A stretch of DNA of 64,000 bases from an uncultured Verrucomicrobiae bacterium. GTDB taxonomy: Bacteria > Verrucomicrobiota > Verrucomicrobiia > Chthoniobacterales > UBA10450. The stretch is taken from NCBI GenBank assembly GCA_963756875.1, contig CAVWPA010000001.1, forward strand, positions 160,001 to 224,000, given 5' to 3'. Every line of letters begins with the position of its first letter. Within the stretch, counting starts at the first letter, position 1. The notes beneath the pieces were generated by a model. That model had not been told where the DNA came from and ran no database searches. It worked only from the letters and a program-made list of their open reading frames with translations. A program made the translations under genes and the position numbers. This document shows positions 52,881 through 64,000 of the stretch, in pieces.

Positions 52881-53055
52881 TTGCGGGAAATTCGCTCAGG
52901 AAAGTGCAAATGAAAAGTCTGATGGTAGAGCGGGTTCGCTGAGCGCGCCGCGGACGGTCCGTCAAAGGCCGGATTCGCCGTGGCGAACCGGGCGGTTCGT
53001 TCTCACCTTGCGGTTGCCGAAACCCCTGTCGCGCCGGAGATTATGCGTCTTGGCC

Positions 53056-53877
53056 ATGATCAGTCCGTCGCCTTATAAAACGCTCGCGGTCGCCAGCACA
53101 TTTTCTCCCCGCTTTGCTCAGGTTTTGTCGGAAGCGAAGCGGATTCGCGACCGGTTCGATTGCGAATTAAGGGTCATTTACGTAGGCCGGCCGAGCGAGG
53201 AAACGAGCGCAAAATTCCGCGAGGTCTTTGCGCGATTGGCGCTCCCCCGGGAACCGATCATTCATTATGAGGAGGGCGCCCCGGCCGATGGAATCCTGCG
53301 CGCTCTTAACAAAAACAAAATAGACATGATTGTGGCCGGCGCGCTTGAAAAGGAAGTGGTACTTCATCCCTTTCTCGGCATCGTTGCGCGCCGTCTGGTC
53401 CGCGAAGCGACCTGTTCTGTGATGCTTTTCACAAAGCCGGAGAGTGAACCGAAGCCATTGCACAAGATCGTTTTTGTCGCCGAATACTCGGAGCATGCGC
53501 GCTCTGCCTTGAAAAAAACCATCGACCTCGCGTCGGCAGAATCGTGTCAGCGTCTGTACGTCGCTCGAATCATTACGCCGTTTGATGAGGCGCGTGCCGC
53601 GCTTCCGGGGTCGAACAAGAAGAAGACGAAGAGGCCCATCGATGAAGAGGCTGAGCTTGAGGAATTCGTCTTGTCCGCCGGTGATACGGAGGTGCCGATC
53701 GAGACGCGTTGTATTCGTGGGAATACCGGATTTGCTGCTGCCGACTTTGTTCGCTCGGTCCACGCGGATTTACTCGTTGTACCCATTTTGCCATCGAAAA
53801 GCGGAGGCGAATCGTTTCCGAGCAACATGGCCTGGATCAAGGACGTTATTCCGTGCAACCTCTGGATAATCCGGTAG
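53056..53877 (+). CDS. tandem universal stress protein
   Basis: EEGAPADGIL...IDMIVAG...VARRLVREATCSV; two USP domains. Confidence 0.8.
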   Translation: MISPSPYKTLAVASTFSPRFAQVLSEAKRIRDRFDCELRVIYVGRPSEETSAKFREVFARLALPREPIIHYEEGAPADGILRALNKNKIDMIVAGALEKEVVLHPFLGIVARRLVREATCSVMLFTKPESEPKPLHKIVFVAEYSEHARSALKKTIDLASAESCQRLYVARIITPFDEARAALPGSNKKKTKRPIDEEAELEEFVLSAGDTEVPIETRCIRGNTGFAAADFVRSVHADLLVVPILPSKSGGESFPSNMAWIKDVIPCNLWIIR

Positions 53878-53878
53878 G

Positions 53879-54027
53879 GAAAGCTCCAAATCCCAAGCAC
53901 CAGGTTCCAGGGAAGCTCCAATCATCAAACTTCAGGAAATCATTAAAGCTCTAAATGTTTGGCGCGAACTTTGAATATTGGAGCTTGGAATTTCCCTGGA
54001 GGTTGGGGTTTGGTGCTTGGTGCTTCC
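53879..54027. repeat. heptamer-based palindromic element (family H)
   Basis: AAGCTCCAAATCCCAAGCACC...TTTGGTGCTTGGTGCTT. Confidence 0.8.
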
Positions 54028-54037
54028 GATCGCTTTG

Positions 54038-54760
54038 ATGAACGCCCCGCAATTTCACGCCTACGGTCCCGCGCATCTCATCGTCATCTTCGTGACGATC
54101 GCGCTCCCGTTTTTGCTGGCGGCGATTGTTCATCGCAGCAAATCCAATCGGGCCCTTATCGAGCGCATCATGGTCGCAATATTGTGCGTGCTGCTCGTAT
54201 TAAACTACGCGGCGTATTTGATTTTTGTGCGCCTTCGCGGCGGGCCCATGAGCTGGGAACAGATGCTGCCGTTGCAACTGTGCGACTGGGGCATGGTCGT
54301 CATCATAGTCGCCTTGTTATCCGGAAATCAACGCTGGTTCGAGGTTGCCTATTTTTGGGGAATTGGCGGAACGCTCCAGGCCGTGCTGACCCCAAACCTT
54401 CGCTTCGGTTTTCCCGATGTGCGCTTCTTTAGTTTTTTTGTCTCGCACTCGGGAATCATTGTCGGTGTGGTTTTTTTGATGCTGGTGCACAGATTCCGGC
54501 CTTACCCGATGTCGATCGTTCGCGTGTTCGCGTGGTCGGAACTTTATTTCGTCATTACCATGGTGGCCGATGCCTGGACGGGGTTTAACTACGGATTTCT
54601 GCTGCATAAGCCGGAGGCGTTTTCGATTTTAAGTTTTCTTTCCGATTCGCGGCCCCTCTATTTGCTCGAGATGCAGGGATTAGCGCTGGTTTTTTTCCTC
54701 GTTTTATACGCGCCGTTTGCCGTGTTCGATCTTGTGCGGGGAAGATCAATCATCCACTAG
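54038..54760 (+). CDS. TIGR02206/YwaF (TMEM164-like) membrane protein
   Basis: LPLQLCD, YFWGIGGTLQAVLTP, FFVSHSG, NYGFL..KP. Confidence 0.88.
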   Translation: MNAPQFHAYGPAHLIVIFVTIALPFLLAAIVHRSKSNRALIERIMVAILCVLLVLNYAAYLIFVRLRGGPMSWEQMLPLQLCDWGMVVIIVALLSGNQRWFEVAYFWGIGGTLQAVLTPNLRFGFPDVRFFSFFVSHSGIIVGVVFLMLVHRFRPYPMSIVRVFAWSELYFVITMVADAWTGFNYGFLLHKPEAFSILSFLSDSRPLYLLEMQGLALVFFLVLYAPFAVFDLVRGRSIIH

Positions 54761-54772
54761 TGCCGTTCACGC

Positions 54773-54888
54773 GGTTATTCCGAACGAAGCGAGGAACCTC
54801 GCATTTGGTGATTCGTCACGCCGGTTAATTTGTGTAATGTTCCGCGCGAACGTGAGGTCCCTCGCCGTCTCCGCGACTCGGGATGACA
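54773..54888. repeat. GTCATCCCGAG..GAGG-type inverted repeat pair
   Basis: GTTATTCCGAACGAAGCGAGGAACCTC...GAGGTCCCTCG...CTCGGGATGAC. Confidence 0.7.
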
Positions 54889-54901
54889 CGTTAATCAAAT
54901 T

Positions 54902-55726
54902 ATGACCGTGAGAGCGAGGCCATTGCGCGTTGGCAAAGTGATCATTGGCGGGAAACGCCCGGCATTCATCCTCGGGCCGTGCGTGATCGAGTCGGAAAAG
55001 TTTGTCTGGCGGATGGCGCAAAAAATCGCGCAAATTTGCGCGGCGGAGGACGTCGATTTTATTTTCAAGGCGTCTTACGATAAGGCGAACCGGACGTCGG
55101 TGCGCTCATTCCGAGGCATTGGTCTTCGCGAAGGTTGCGAGGTGTTGGCGGCCATTGGCCGGAAATTGAAGATTCCGGTCACGACGGACGTGCACTCGCC
55201 AGGTGAAGCGGAAATCGCCGGCGATCAGATCGATCTGTTGCAAATTCCGGCCTTTTTGTGCCGGCAAACGGACCTGCTGCGCGCCGCCGCGGCGACCGGT
55301 CGGGCGATCAATGTAAAGAAAGGCCAGTTTCTGGCGCCGTGGGACGTCAAGAACATCGCCGAAAAACTTACTGCATTTGGCAATGCCAAATTCTGTTTTA
55401 CCGAGCGCGGGACTACCTTTGGGTACAATAATCTCGTGGCGGACATGCGCTCGCTTTATTGGATACGAGAAGCTGGCTATCACGTTCTCTTCGACGCCAC
55501 CCATTCCGTGCAGCGGCCCAGTGGAGCGGGGGATGTGACTTCGGGTGACGGCGTGCTTGCGCCCGTGCTGGCACGCGCAGCGATGGCGGCTGGCTGTGAC
55601 GGAATTTTTATGGAAGTGCATGAGAATCCTGAGCGCGCGCTTTCCGATGCGGCCAACCAGGTCCGGCTAAAGGATTTGCCGAAGCAGTTGCGCATGTTAA
55701 AAGCTATTCATGCTGCCGTTTCGTAG
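54902..55726 (+). CDS. kdsA: KDO8P synthase
   Basis: GPCVIES, KASYDKANRTS, QIPAFLCRQTDL, ERGTTFGY, DATHSVQ. Confidence 0.97.
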   Translation: MTVRARPLRVGKVIIGGKRPAFILGPCVIESEKFVWRMAQKIAQICAAEDVDFIFKASYDKANRTSVRSFRGIGLREGCEVLAAIGRKLKIPVTTDVHSPGEAEIAGDQIDLLQIPAFLCRQTDLLRAAAATGRAINVKKGQFLAPWDVKNIAEKLTAFGNAKFCFTERGTTFGYNNLVADMRSLYWIREAGYHVLFDATHSVQRPSGAGDVTSGDGVLAPVLARAAMAAGCDGIFMEVHENPERALSDAANQVRLKDLPKQLRMLKAIHAAVS

Positions 55727-56351
55727 CGATTGCTGCGATCGGGTGGGAGCGATTGATTTCGATTGCCCTGAAGTTGGAGGCGACGACGAACCAACCCGGG
55801 GCGGTTTGCTAAACCGCTTCTGCCTGCGCACCGTTGTCTGGTCGCTCTCCATCGTGTTCACGTTGAACATGCTCTCCGGAGAGAATGCGCTTGCCGACAA
55901 AAAGAAGGGCAGAGGCGGAAGGAAAAAGCGATCCGGGGCTGTCGCGTCACCAGGCGAACAAAGCCTGGCGAACATTCCGCTGCCGGTCGGCCAGGAAGCA
56001 AAAGGCCTGGTGCTCCCCGATTTCGATCTGCAGGGACGCTTGCGAGGGAAATTCGAGGCCGGCGAAGCGAGGCGCATCGACGAGGAACACGTCGGATTTC
56101 ACGGATTGAAAATCACAACCTACACGCCCGACAACAAGCTCGACCTGGTCATCGAAATGAACGATTCGGTCCTGGATTTGAAAACGCACGTCCTCATCTC
56201 GAAGGAACGGACGACAATCCGCCGCGCCGATTTTAACATTACGGGAGATTCTGTACAGTTCGATGCAAACACGCACACGGGGAAACTAGTGGGAAACGTT
56301 AAAATGGTGATCACCGATCAATCGCATTTCAAGCCGCAGACAAACGAATGA
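55710..56351 (+). CDS. lptC: LptC-like LPS export protein (start uncertain)
   Basis: Position between kdsA and lptA; beta-jellyroll pattern ending GKLVGNVKMVI. Confidence 0.7.
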   Translation: MLPFRSDCCDRVGAIDFDCPEVGGDDEPTRGGLLNRFCLRTVVWSLSIVFTLNMLSGENALADKKKGRGGRKKRSGAVASPGEQSLANIPLPVGQEAKGLVLPDFDLQGRLRGKFEAGEARRIDEEHVGFHGLKITTYTPDNKLDLVIEMNDSVLDLKTHVLISKERTTIRRADFNITGDSVQFDANTHTGKLVGNVKMVITDQSHFKPQTNE

Positions 56352-57022
56352 AAAACGGGGCGGCCTTTAGTTTGCTTTTGGTAATGATGACGGCCGGCCG
56401 CTTGTTCGGGCAGGCATCGGCTTCTCCGGCGGAATCGGCGACAGCCATTGCGAACAAGCAACCCTCGGCAGACCAGCAAAAAGAAAGGAAAAAAGACCGG
56501 GACAAATTCTTCGGAAGTGCCGGATCTCAAACAAACGGACCGGTGACCACTGAGATCTATGCCGACGAAGCGTTTTTTGATTCAAACAAAAACGTGGGAA
56601 CTTTCACAGGCCATGTGAAGATCACCGACCCGCGTTTTACCCTGCAATCGGACAGGCTGACAGTTTTGATTGCGAAAGGTCAAAACCAGGCGCTGGAAAG
56701 AGCGGTCGCAGAGGGAAATGTGGCGGTGGTGCGCGACCGGCCCGCCCCGAATGGCGGCGCGCCCAGTCGCGCCGTCGGTCGCGCGGACAAGGCGACTTAC
56801 ACGGCGTCTAACGGCAATATGGAACTGAGTGGAATGCCGCGAGTGCAGGAAGGACTGAATATTCACGTGGCAACGAGTCCCGACACGGTAATGGTCATCA
56901 ATCAGAATGGACAGTTGACTACGCACGGACCAAGCCGGACAGAGATTCGGCAGGAACCAAAAAAGGAAGAGGGCGAAAAGAAAGCGCAGACTTCACCAGC
57001 TTCAGCTTCACCAACGCCATGA
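56348..57022 (+). CDS. lptA: LptA/OstA family protein
   Basis: Signal peptide; [10 protein letters not shown]...FTGHVKITD...AVAEGNV...ADKATY. Confidence 0.85.
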   Translation: MKNGAAFSLLLVMMTAGRLFGQASASPAESATAIANKQPSADQQKERKKDRDKFFGSAGSQTNGPVTTEIYADEAFFDSNKNVGTFTGHVKITDPRFTLQSDRLTVLIAKGQNQALERAVAEGNVAVVRDRPAPNGGAPSRAVGRADKATYTASNGNMELSGMPRVQEGLNIHVATSPDTVMVINQNGQLTTHGPSRTEIRQEPKKEEGEKKAQTSPASASPTP

Positions 57023-57805
57023 CCAGTCGCCCCGCATCCGTTGCCAGCCCGGGCGTGTCTGGGTCGACTCCGAAGAGAGCGCCTGATGTGCTTTCCACGG
57101 ATCAATTGGTAAAGATCTACGGCGGACGCGCGGTGGTCGATGGAGTGAATATTACGGCCAAGGCCGGGGAGATCGTTGGCCTGCTTGGACCGAACGGTGC
57201 CGGTAAAACGACCAGTTTTTACATGATTGTCGGACTCGTTAGGCCAAACAGCGGGCGCGTCATATTCAGCGGAAAGGATGTGACCAACTATCCAATGTAC
57301 AAGCGCGCACGGCTTGGCATGGGCTATCTGCCACAGGAAGAATCGATCTTTCGCAAGATGACAGTGGAACAAAACATCATGGCCATCCTCCAGACGATGC
57401 CTATGATCGAAGCACGAGCGGCGACAGCGCTGCGAACAATTGCTGCATCAATTCGGAATCGAGCGGATTGCGAAAAACCAGGCGCTCACTTTGAGCGGCG
57501 GCGAGAAGCGCCGGCTCACGATTGCGCGCTCGCTGGTGACCCATCCGAAATTGCTCATGCTCGATGAGCCGTTCAGTGGTGTCGATCCAATTGCGGTCTA
57601 CGATGTGCAGCAGATCATTGTAAATCTGCGCAAGTCCGGGCTGGCCATCCTGATCACCGATCACAACGTGCGCGAGACACTGTCGATCGTAGATCGCGCG
57701 TATCTCATCTACGAAGGCCGCGTCGAGAGCGAAGGCACAAAAGATTTCCTCATCAACGATCCGATCAGCCGCCAGCTTTATCTTGGCGAACGATTCAAGA
57801 TGTGA
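57019..57805 (+). CDS. lptB: LPS export ABC ATPase (frameshift near 57405, probably an assembly error)
   Basis: [18 protein letters not shown]; second frame [28 protein letters not shown]. Confidence 0.93.
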
Positions 57806-57943
57806 GGGGAATGCCAAATGACGGAAGGAGCCCGACCGCGCATTGTGCAGCTTCCGGGGAGCTGCACGCGCCTCGCGTGCCCGTTTTGGCGCCCCGCCAA
57901 AACAGTCTTTGATAACGTAAGAGCCCGCGACGACGTGCACGCG

Positions 57944-58003
57944 TTATAGGGCAAGCGCTCCGCTTGCCAGCTGGTGAACGGCAACCGGTGCGGTTGCCCT
58001 ACA
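57944..58003. repeat. inverted GTAG-type REP pair
   Basis: TAGGGCAAGCGCTCCGCTTGCC...GGCAACCGGTGCGGTTGCCCTACA. Confidence 0.7.
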
Positions 58004-58028
58004 ACTATTTCAGTGAGGCGATGATCGC

Positions 58029-61000
58029 CTAGAAGCTCCAGGTAAAGCCGCCGCTTGCGCCGTTGTTGTCTGTAGTTGCCGCGGCCGAGCAGCCCGTCGT
58101 AGTAAACGTAGATGGCGAAGGCGGGGTTAAGTTGCGCACTGGCGCCGGCTCTCACCTGCGCGCCGTCGCGACCAACGTTCGGTCCGTAGACGGTGAAACC
58201 GCCCGGGCAACCAAGAAAGCCCGCATCGATGGGATAGGCCCGATCGTTGTATTCATGCAGCCAGGCGACATTCAATTCGGGGCGGATGATGACGGTTTTG
58301 GATGGGTGCAGATCGTAACTGGCTCTTACCCCCACCGTGCTTTGCAGTGAATCTTCGTTCTGATCCGGGAAATTCAGGGGAGCCAGGGAACCTCTCTCCC
58401 TGAACTGATCGATGGTGACGTCGGTGTATTGGAAGGTGGCCCTGGGCCCGATGTTCCAGCAACCAAAGCGCCAGTCGTAACCGAGCGCGCCCAGCACATT
58501 GTATTGACTGCCTTTGGTGCTGCCGACGGCGTCACCCAAAAGAGCGGCCCGCCGAGTCTTGTAATTGTTCCAGGTACCGCCCCCGCTGACATCGACATAA
58601 AACCTGTCCCAGGACCAGGTGGCAAAGCCGCCCACGTTGCCGCCATTGGTGGTAATGCGGCCGTCGTTCACCAGGTTGGCTACGCCGGCATCGTAGCCGC
58701 CGTAAATGCCAAAAGCCAGGTTGTGCAACAAGCGGTAATCGATGCCCACGGTGAAGTTGCCGTTGGAAAGATCGTAGCCGGTGGCGTTGTCATCGTCGCC
58801 TCCGACATTGACGAACTGGCCCGAGCCGGTGGCCCAGATACCCCAGCGATTTTCAGGGGTGGGGACGAAGGCCGGAACGGGGTTCTTGTTAAGGACCTCT
58901 TTGCCATCGGACTCCTTGCTATAACTTGGGGCGGGCATTTCCATGGCAACGCTCGAGCAAAACCCAGTGGACCCGGCGCGGATATCATCCATGCGCTGCA
59001 TGAGGTTGACCCCTTGCATGTTGGCCTGGGTGAAACCCATCTCGTAGATGGAAGCCAGTTCTTCGGGCGCGATCAGGTCGTAATCGTACGGGAGATTAAC
59101 CAGCGGCTCGTTGCCAACAAAGCTAATCACCCGGGGCACGCAATTATCCAGGAACGCGTTGTCCAGGGCCGCGCCCACTGCCCTTTGGTTACGCGTGATG
59201 CCCTGGGATTCGAATGTGTTGGAAAGGAAAAAGCCGATGTCCACCGTGAAAGGATCGTCATAGAGATCCAGCGGCTGAATCAGGCCGAGCCAGTTGATCG
59301 GAATCAAAGTGTCGAACGATCCGCTTCTCCCCAAATTGGTTTCGATTACGGTGACTCGGTCACCGGGCAGCGGCATGAAATTGTTGATCCGCGGGACCAC
59401 GATGGTGCCGCCCTGAATGTCGGCCGCGCGATATACGTACAACAGATCGCTGCCATTTCCTTCGGTAAGGCTGCCCACTTCGGTGATGACCGCACCATCA
59501 ACCAAGTTGTGGAAATCCTTTTGCACAAAGAACACCTCCGGGTCGCCCGGAAAATCTCCCGGACTAACAATGCCGCGGCTGATCAGATTGCCGCCTACAT
59601 TGGCAGGTCCTCCGCTGTAAGTGCCCCCGAGGAAAGCGTTGAAATTCACGCGAGTATCGCCCGCGACCGAGCCATCAATGAACAAATTGGCGCTGTCGGT
59701 GACAGTGGTATCGCCTGTGTAACCGTTGAAGTTGGTCAGGAAGAGAGTGCCGCTGTCCCGCACGGTCAGGCCTCCGGGACCGCTCAAAAAGCTGCTGATG
59801 GTGGAAGTGGTGCCGTTGGTATCAACAAAGACGCCGACCGGACCGGTGTTATTCAGCGAGGCGCTGTCAGTAAAATCGGTGTCGTCCAGAAAGCGCAGGA
59901 TGCCGCCATCGAAGGTGAGCGCGCCACTAATGATATTGTAGGTCGAATCAACCGCCAAAACGCCCGGACCACCGCTGCCCGCGCCCCAGACTGTGAGGGC
60001 ACCCGCGCTAACGCTTCCTCCGTTGGTAATGCGAAGCTCGCCATCGCCGCCGGGTCCGCCGGCATCGCCGCCGACGAAGATAGTCCCCACATTCAACAGC
60101 ATCGAACCTGCGCCATCAACCAGCACTCTGCCCATGGAACCGGCGTTCCGGCCAATCCACGTGGTGACAGGATCAACCAAACCTCCATCGAGAATCTGCA
60201 GTGCGCCGTTGCCATTATGTCCGACGGTCAGATCGTTATCAATATACCATTCCGAAGGAAACGCATTAAAACCGCTGACCACGACTGTTCCGGTGCTTGA
60301 GCCGCCATCGGCGATGATGCCTTCGCCATTCGTTCGTACCAAGCCGCCGTTGAGAATTCGCATCGCTCCGTTACCGGATATTCCGATGACGGTATCCCTG
60401 ACGGAGTCCAAATTAGGAGCAGTGATGTCCGGGCCGATGACTTCAATCATTCCGGTGGAGGTGGAAGCGTTTCCGACGTAGACGTACATCGCCGAAACCT
60501 TGGCCGTGTCCCGTATTCGCAACTAACCATCGCCGGTGAGACCCACCACGACATTGTTGGTAATTGTCCAGCTTGCACTGTCCCGCAGACTTACCTGGCC
60601 CATCGATCCGGCTGCGTTGCCGATGACGCCATTTCCGCCGGTCGTGACGGACGCGGTGTCTTGGAAAACTGCCGCGCTTAATGTCGAACTGGAGGCATTG
60701 CCGATAACAAGGTTGTTTCCGACAGAAAGCGTGCCGGAGCTAAAAATGTTCAGATTGCCCCATTGAGTGGCGCTCTGTCCAAGCGCCAGATTTAACGCGG
60801 TAGCGCCCGCACTGCCTATCCTCGCCGTGCCACCGTTACTGATGTGTGCGCTTTGGCCCGCAGTCGGCGGGCTGGCAAACGACCAGTTGGTTCCCGTAAA
60901 CCAGTTCCCGGTGCTTCCGATCCAGACGTCCTGCGCGCGCAGTGACGGCACGACGGAAAGCAGTCCGCAAAAGACTGCAGTGGACAAAAGGGCCACGGAG

Positions 61001-61032
61001 GCTCGTGACGAAAAAGTGGATGGGCATTTCAT
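58029..61032 (-). CDS. autotransporter with beta-helical passenger; in-frame TAG at 60523-60525 and +1 indel near 58070
   Basis: Signal peptide; G.G.L.I..GG.V repeats; GTLFLT.FN.YTGDTTV; beta-barrel (WGIWATG...GIDYR) ending GGFTWSF* after indel correction. Confidence 0.88.
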
Positions 61033-61355
61033 AAAATTAGTCTTCCGGTTAGTAAGTTCCAGACGGTTAGGCAACCTGATTGATAAGAAAACGGGCGAGA
61101 GGGTTCAACCAAATAAAGGAGGGGCGGGTAAATAATTTTCAGAGTTACTAGAAACCCATGCTCTGCGTCTCCGCCTCGCGGTTTCAAGATGCGAGAACGA
61201 GGTAAAAAATCCCGAGTGACCCGCCTTCGCACCAGGCTTCGGCGCGGCAGGCGAATACCGAGGGAATGGACAGTCGATCCACTCTCGTTCCACTACGGCG
61301 CGGCAAGGTGGTTGCCTTACAGTTGTCGTCGCCTAACTAATTTGGTCAGACGACG

Positions 61356-61411
61356 TGGCATCGGCTTCCATCCGATGTCTGAACAATCTCATCGGCAGGA
61401 TGCCGATGCCA
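61356..61411. repeat. GTGGCATCGGCTTCCA..CGATG / CATCGGCAGGATGCCGATGCCA palindromic pair
   Basis: Inverted pair; half copy at 27702-27723. Confidence 0.75.
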
Positions 61412-61479
61412 GGGCTCTTTCTGCCTGCGATGCGTATTGGAAATGGCGCCGCTTCCGCGTTACAGGTTAGGCCGTCCCA

Positions 61480-62475
61480 ATGAGCGATCCGACAGGCACA
61501 CAAGCGATTACATCGAGGAGCGACCGGCGCAAAAGCGTGCCGGTCGTCACGGTGGAGAGCTTTTACAACACGCACGCCGAAAAGTTGCTGATGAAACTGG
61601 AAGGGGCGCGCGTGGGATTCCATCGCAAGATTCGCGAGCCCACCATCAATCGACCCGGCCTGGCGCTTTCCGGTTTCTACACCTACTTCGCGGAGAAACG
61701 GGTGCAGGTGCTGGGCGCCGCGGAGCATTCGTATCTGAAGAATTTGCCGGAAAAGGTGCGGGTCACCCGTTTTCGCGAACTCTGCGAGCAAAAAATCCCG
61801 TGTCTGGTTCTCTCACGCTCGTTCCACCTCGACCCGGTGCTGGCTCCTGTCGCCGCCGAGGAGGAAATCGCCGTGTTCCGGACGCCGATGATTACGATGA
61901 AATTCATTAACGCGGCAACCATCGCTCTGGAGATGGATTTTTCGCCAAGGGTGACGGAGTTCGGCAGCATGGTCGATATCCTCGGGGTGGGCGTTTTTAT
62001 TCGCGGCAAGAGCGGCATCGGGAAAAGCGAATGCGTGCTGGGATTGATCGAGCGCGGTCACAGTCTGGTGTCGGACGACGTGACACGGGTTACGTCGCTC
62101 GAAGGCCGCGAATTGGTGGCGACAGCGCCGCAACTCACTCGCAATCACATGGAAGTGCGCGGCATCGGCATCATCAACGTGGCAAATATTTTCGGTATAG
62201 GCAGCATTCGAATCGAAAAGCGGCTGGATCTGGTGGTGACGCTGAAAGATTGGCACGAGCTGGAAGAAGTGGAACGGATCGGGCTGGACCAGGAATTCTA
62301 CGAGATTATGGGCATGCCTGTGCCGCACGTGACGATTCCGGTGAAACCGGGGAGGGACATTGCGCGCTTGATCGAAGTGGCGGCGTTGGACCAAAAATTG
62401 AAGGGACTCGGCCTGAACAGCGCGATCGAGTTCGACACCAAGCTGCGCAATTTAATGAAGCCGAAATCGAGCTAA
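61480..62475 (+). CDS. hprK: HPr kinase/phosphorylase
   Basis: INRPGLALSG, GKSGIGKSE, LVSDD, MEVRGIGII, PVKPGRD. Confidence 0.97.
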   Translation: MSDPTGTQAITSRSDRRKSVPVVTVESFYNTHAEKLLMKLEGARVGFHRKIREPTINRPGLALSGFYTYFAEKRVQVLGAAEHSYLKNLPEKVRVTRFRELCEQKIPCLVLSRSFHLDPVLAPVAAEEEIAVFRTPMITMKFINAATIALEMDFSPRVTEFGSMVDILGVGVFIRGKSGIGKSECVLGLIERGHSLVSDDVTRVTSLEGRELVATAPQLTRNHMEVRGIGIINVANIFGIGSIRIEKRLDLVVTLKDWHELEEVERIGLDQEFYEIMGMPVPHVTIPVKPGRDIARLIEVAALDQKLKGLGLNSAIEFDTKLRNLMKPKSS

Positions 62476-62789
62476 TGGGCCTGGTAAACCGGAAAACAGA
62501 CGGTGGCGCGGCGGGCGACCCAAAGATTGAGAAAGACATTCCAATCATCAATCGACTGGGCATGCACGCTCGTCCCGCCGCCATGTTCGTTCGGGCGGCG
62601 ACGCGGTATCGGGCGGAAATCTGGGTGGCGAAGGAGGGGGAAGAAGTGAACGGCAAGAGCATCATGGGGTTGATGATGCTGGCGGCCGGGCAGGGATCGA
62701 AGTTGCGCATTCGCTGCGAAGGGCCTGATGCCGAGCAGGCCATGGCGGAGCTCGAGGAATTAATTAATGCGCGCTTCCACGAAGATTAA
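62475..62789 (+). CDS. ptsH: phosphocarrier protein HPr
   Basis: NRLGMHARPAA, VNGKSIMGLMMLAA. Confidence 0.96.
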   Translation: MGLVNRKTDGGAAGDPKIEKDIPIINRLGMHARPAAMFVRAATRYRAEIWVAKEGEEVNGKSIMGLMMLAAGQGSKLRIRCEGPDAEQAMAELEELINARFHED

Positions 62790-62813
62790 GTTCCGGTTAC
62801 TCTCCCGCTGTGG

Positions 62814-64000
62814 ATGAGTAACGATAAAGCGCCTCAGGAAATTCGGCTCCAGGGAGCGGGCGTGTCTCCAGGCATCGCCCACGGCAGCCTGCACGTCGTG
62901 CGCGAGGATTTCGACGACGTGGCGCGTTATCAAATCGAGCCGTCCCAGATAGGGGATGAAATCGCACGCTTCGAAACGGCGCTGGTGCAAACGCGTGTGC
63001 AAATCCTGGAGATGCAGCAGAAGATCGCTGAGGCGATCGGGATGAAAGACGCGGCGATTTTCGATGCGCATCTGCTGGTGGTGGAGGACCGCACTCTCAT
63101 CGACGAGGTGTTGCGCAAACTGGAGACCGATCTTTGCAATGTGGAATGGGTTTTTCAGGAGGTCGCCACCAGTTACGCCGAGACGCTCGCCAAGATGGAC
63201 GATCCGTACCTGCGGGAGCGCGCACTCGACATTCAGGATGTGACGCAGCGGATCATTCGAAATCTTCAGGGCAAAGCGCCACAGCCGTTTCTGGCTGTCG
63301 AGGAGCCGCACATCTTGGTTGCGCACAATCTTACGCCCTCGGACACGGCTTCGATGAACACAGATCTCGTTCTGGGCATCGCCACCGATCTTGGGAGCCG
63401 CACTTCGCACACCGCCATCATGGCGCGCTCACTGAGTATTCCTGCCGTGGTAGGCTTGCACCATGCAACCGAAAAACTGGAGAACGGCCAGCGCGTCCTG
63501 CTTGATGGATACAGCGGTTTGCTGATTGTTGATCCAACCCCGGAAACGCTTTCCTACTACGGCGAGATCGAGCTGAGGAAAGGCCTGGTAAAGGAGCAGC
63601 TGCGCGAACTTCGCGAAACAAAATCGACAACGCGCGACGGACGCCATGTTGTTCTTTCGGCCAACATCGAATTGCCCGGCGACGTCGATGCGGTTCTCGC
63701 AAACGGCGCCGAAGGGATCGGGCTTTACCGGACGGAATTTCTTTTTGTGAATCGGGACACCCTGCCAAGCGAAGAGGAACAGTACGCAACGTATCGGAAA
63801 GTGGCCGAACGCGTGTTTCCCCAGCCCCTCATCGTTCGAACGTTTGATCTTGGCGGCGACAAACTCGCTACCGGCACCGTCGACGTGGGCGATGAGATGA
63901 ATCCCTTTCTGGGGTGGCGCGCCATTCGTCTCTGCCTGGAAAACCTTGATCTGTTCAAGACACAGCTGCGCGCCATTCTTCGCGCCAGTGCCGTCGGCAA
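62814..64000 (+). CDS. ptsI: PEP-protein phosphotransferase (Enzyme I), runs off the window end
   Basis: Translated by hand: MSNDKAPQEIRLQGAGVSPGIAHG; GSRTSHTAIMARSL, GIGLYRTEF, NPFLGWRAIR. Confidence 0.95.
   Translation, partial: MSNDKAPQEIRLQGAGVSPGIAHGSLHVVREDFDDVARYQIEPSQIGDEIARFETALVQTRVQILEMQQKIAEAIGMKDAAIFDAHLLVVEDRTLIDEVLRKLETDLCNVEWVFQEVATSYAETLAKMDDPYLRERALDIQDVTQRIIRNLQGKAPQPFLAVEEPHILVAHNLTPSDTASMNTDLVLGIATDLGSRTSHTAIMARSLSIPAVVGLHHATEKLENGQRVLLDGYSGLLIVDPTPETLSYYGEIELRKGLVKEQLRELRETKSTTRDGRHVVLSANIELPGDVDAVLANGAEGIGLYRTEFLFVNRDTLPSEEEQYATYRKVAERVFPQPLIVRTFDLGGDKLATGTVDVGDEMNPFLGWRAIRLCLENLDLFKTQLRAILRASAVG

Noticed and set aside
57380..57440. Programmed frameshift in lptB (also considered for ImmA near 1210)
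   Set aside because: No slippery sequence is present, and indels are common across the window, so assembly error is more likely.
60523..60525. Pyrrolysine or recoded TAG in the autotransporter
   Set aside because: TAG is used as a normal stop by many genes in the window, and no pyl genes are present.

Overview
Bacterial chromosome segment, most likely Verrucomicrobiota of the Chthoniobacterales/'Ca. Udaeobacter' type. This is inferred from the long PVC-type GreA, a TIGR04073-like protein, the lptB-hprK-ptsH-ptsI order and a 23S-5S operon with no 16S. Scattered single-base indels suggest a long-read or metagenomic assembly. About 1-8.83 kb is an accessory island. It carries an XRE regulator, an ImmA/IrrE peptidase, DUF3892 and a DUF2235 hydrolase, then a run of co-oriented single-gene units (NDT-like gene, two collagen-like genes, a truncated DUF2971-like gene). 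These units are separated by five copies of a non-attC direct repeat, and a tRNA-Ala(CGC) gene cut off exactly at the anticodon loop sits among them. This is the best candidate for an undescribed tRNA-anchored gene-cassette system; no integrase is present in the window. The rest is mostly core genome: a GT2, a sugar ABC transporter plus GH31, a giant secreted protein with AGGGN octapeptide repeats opposite an ECF sigma/Ser-Thr kinase pair, VIT1, serA, an rlmD-like gene, terC, greA, DUF853, ferritin, 5S and 23S rRNA, rph, gmd, an L,D-transpeptidase, tatD, fabH-plsX-rpmF-yceD-coaD, kdsA-lptCAB, an autotransporter, hprK, ptsH and a partial ptsI. Other oddities are a repeat-derived ~180-nt insert in 23S helix 63, inverted 5S fragments, and repeats inserted in frame in proteins. 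All family calls come from motif recognition by eye; no database searches were run.
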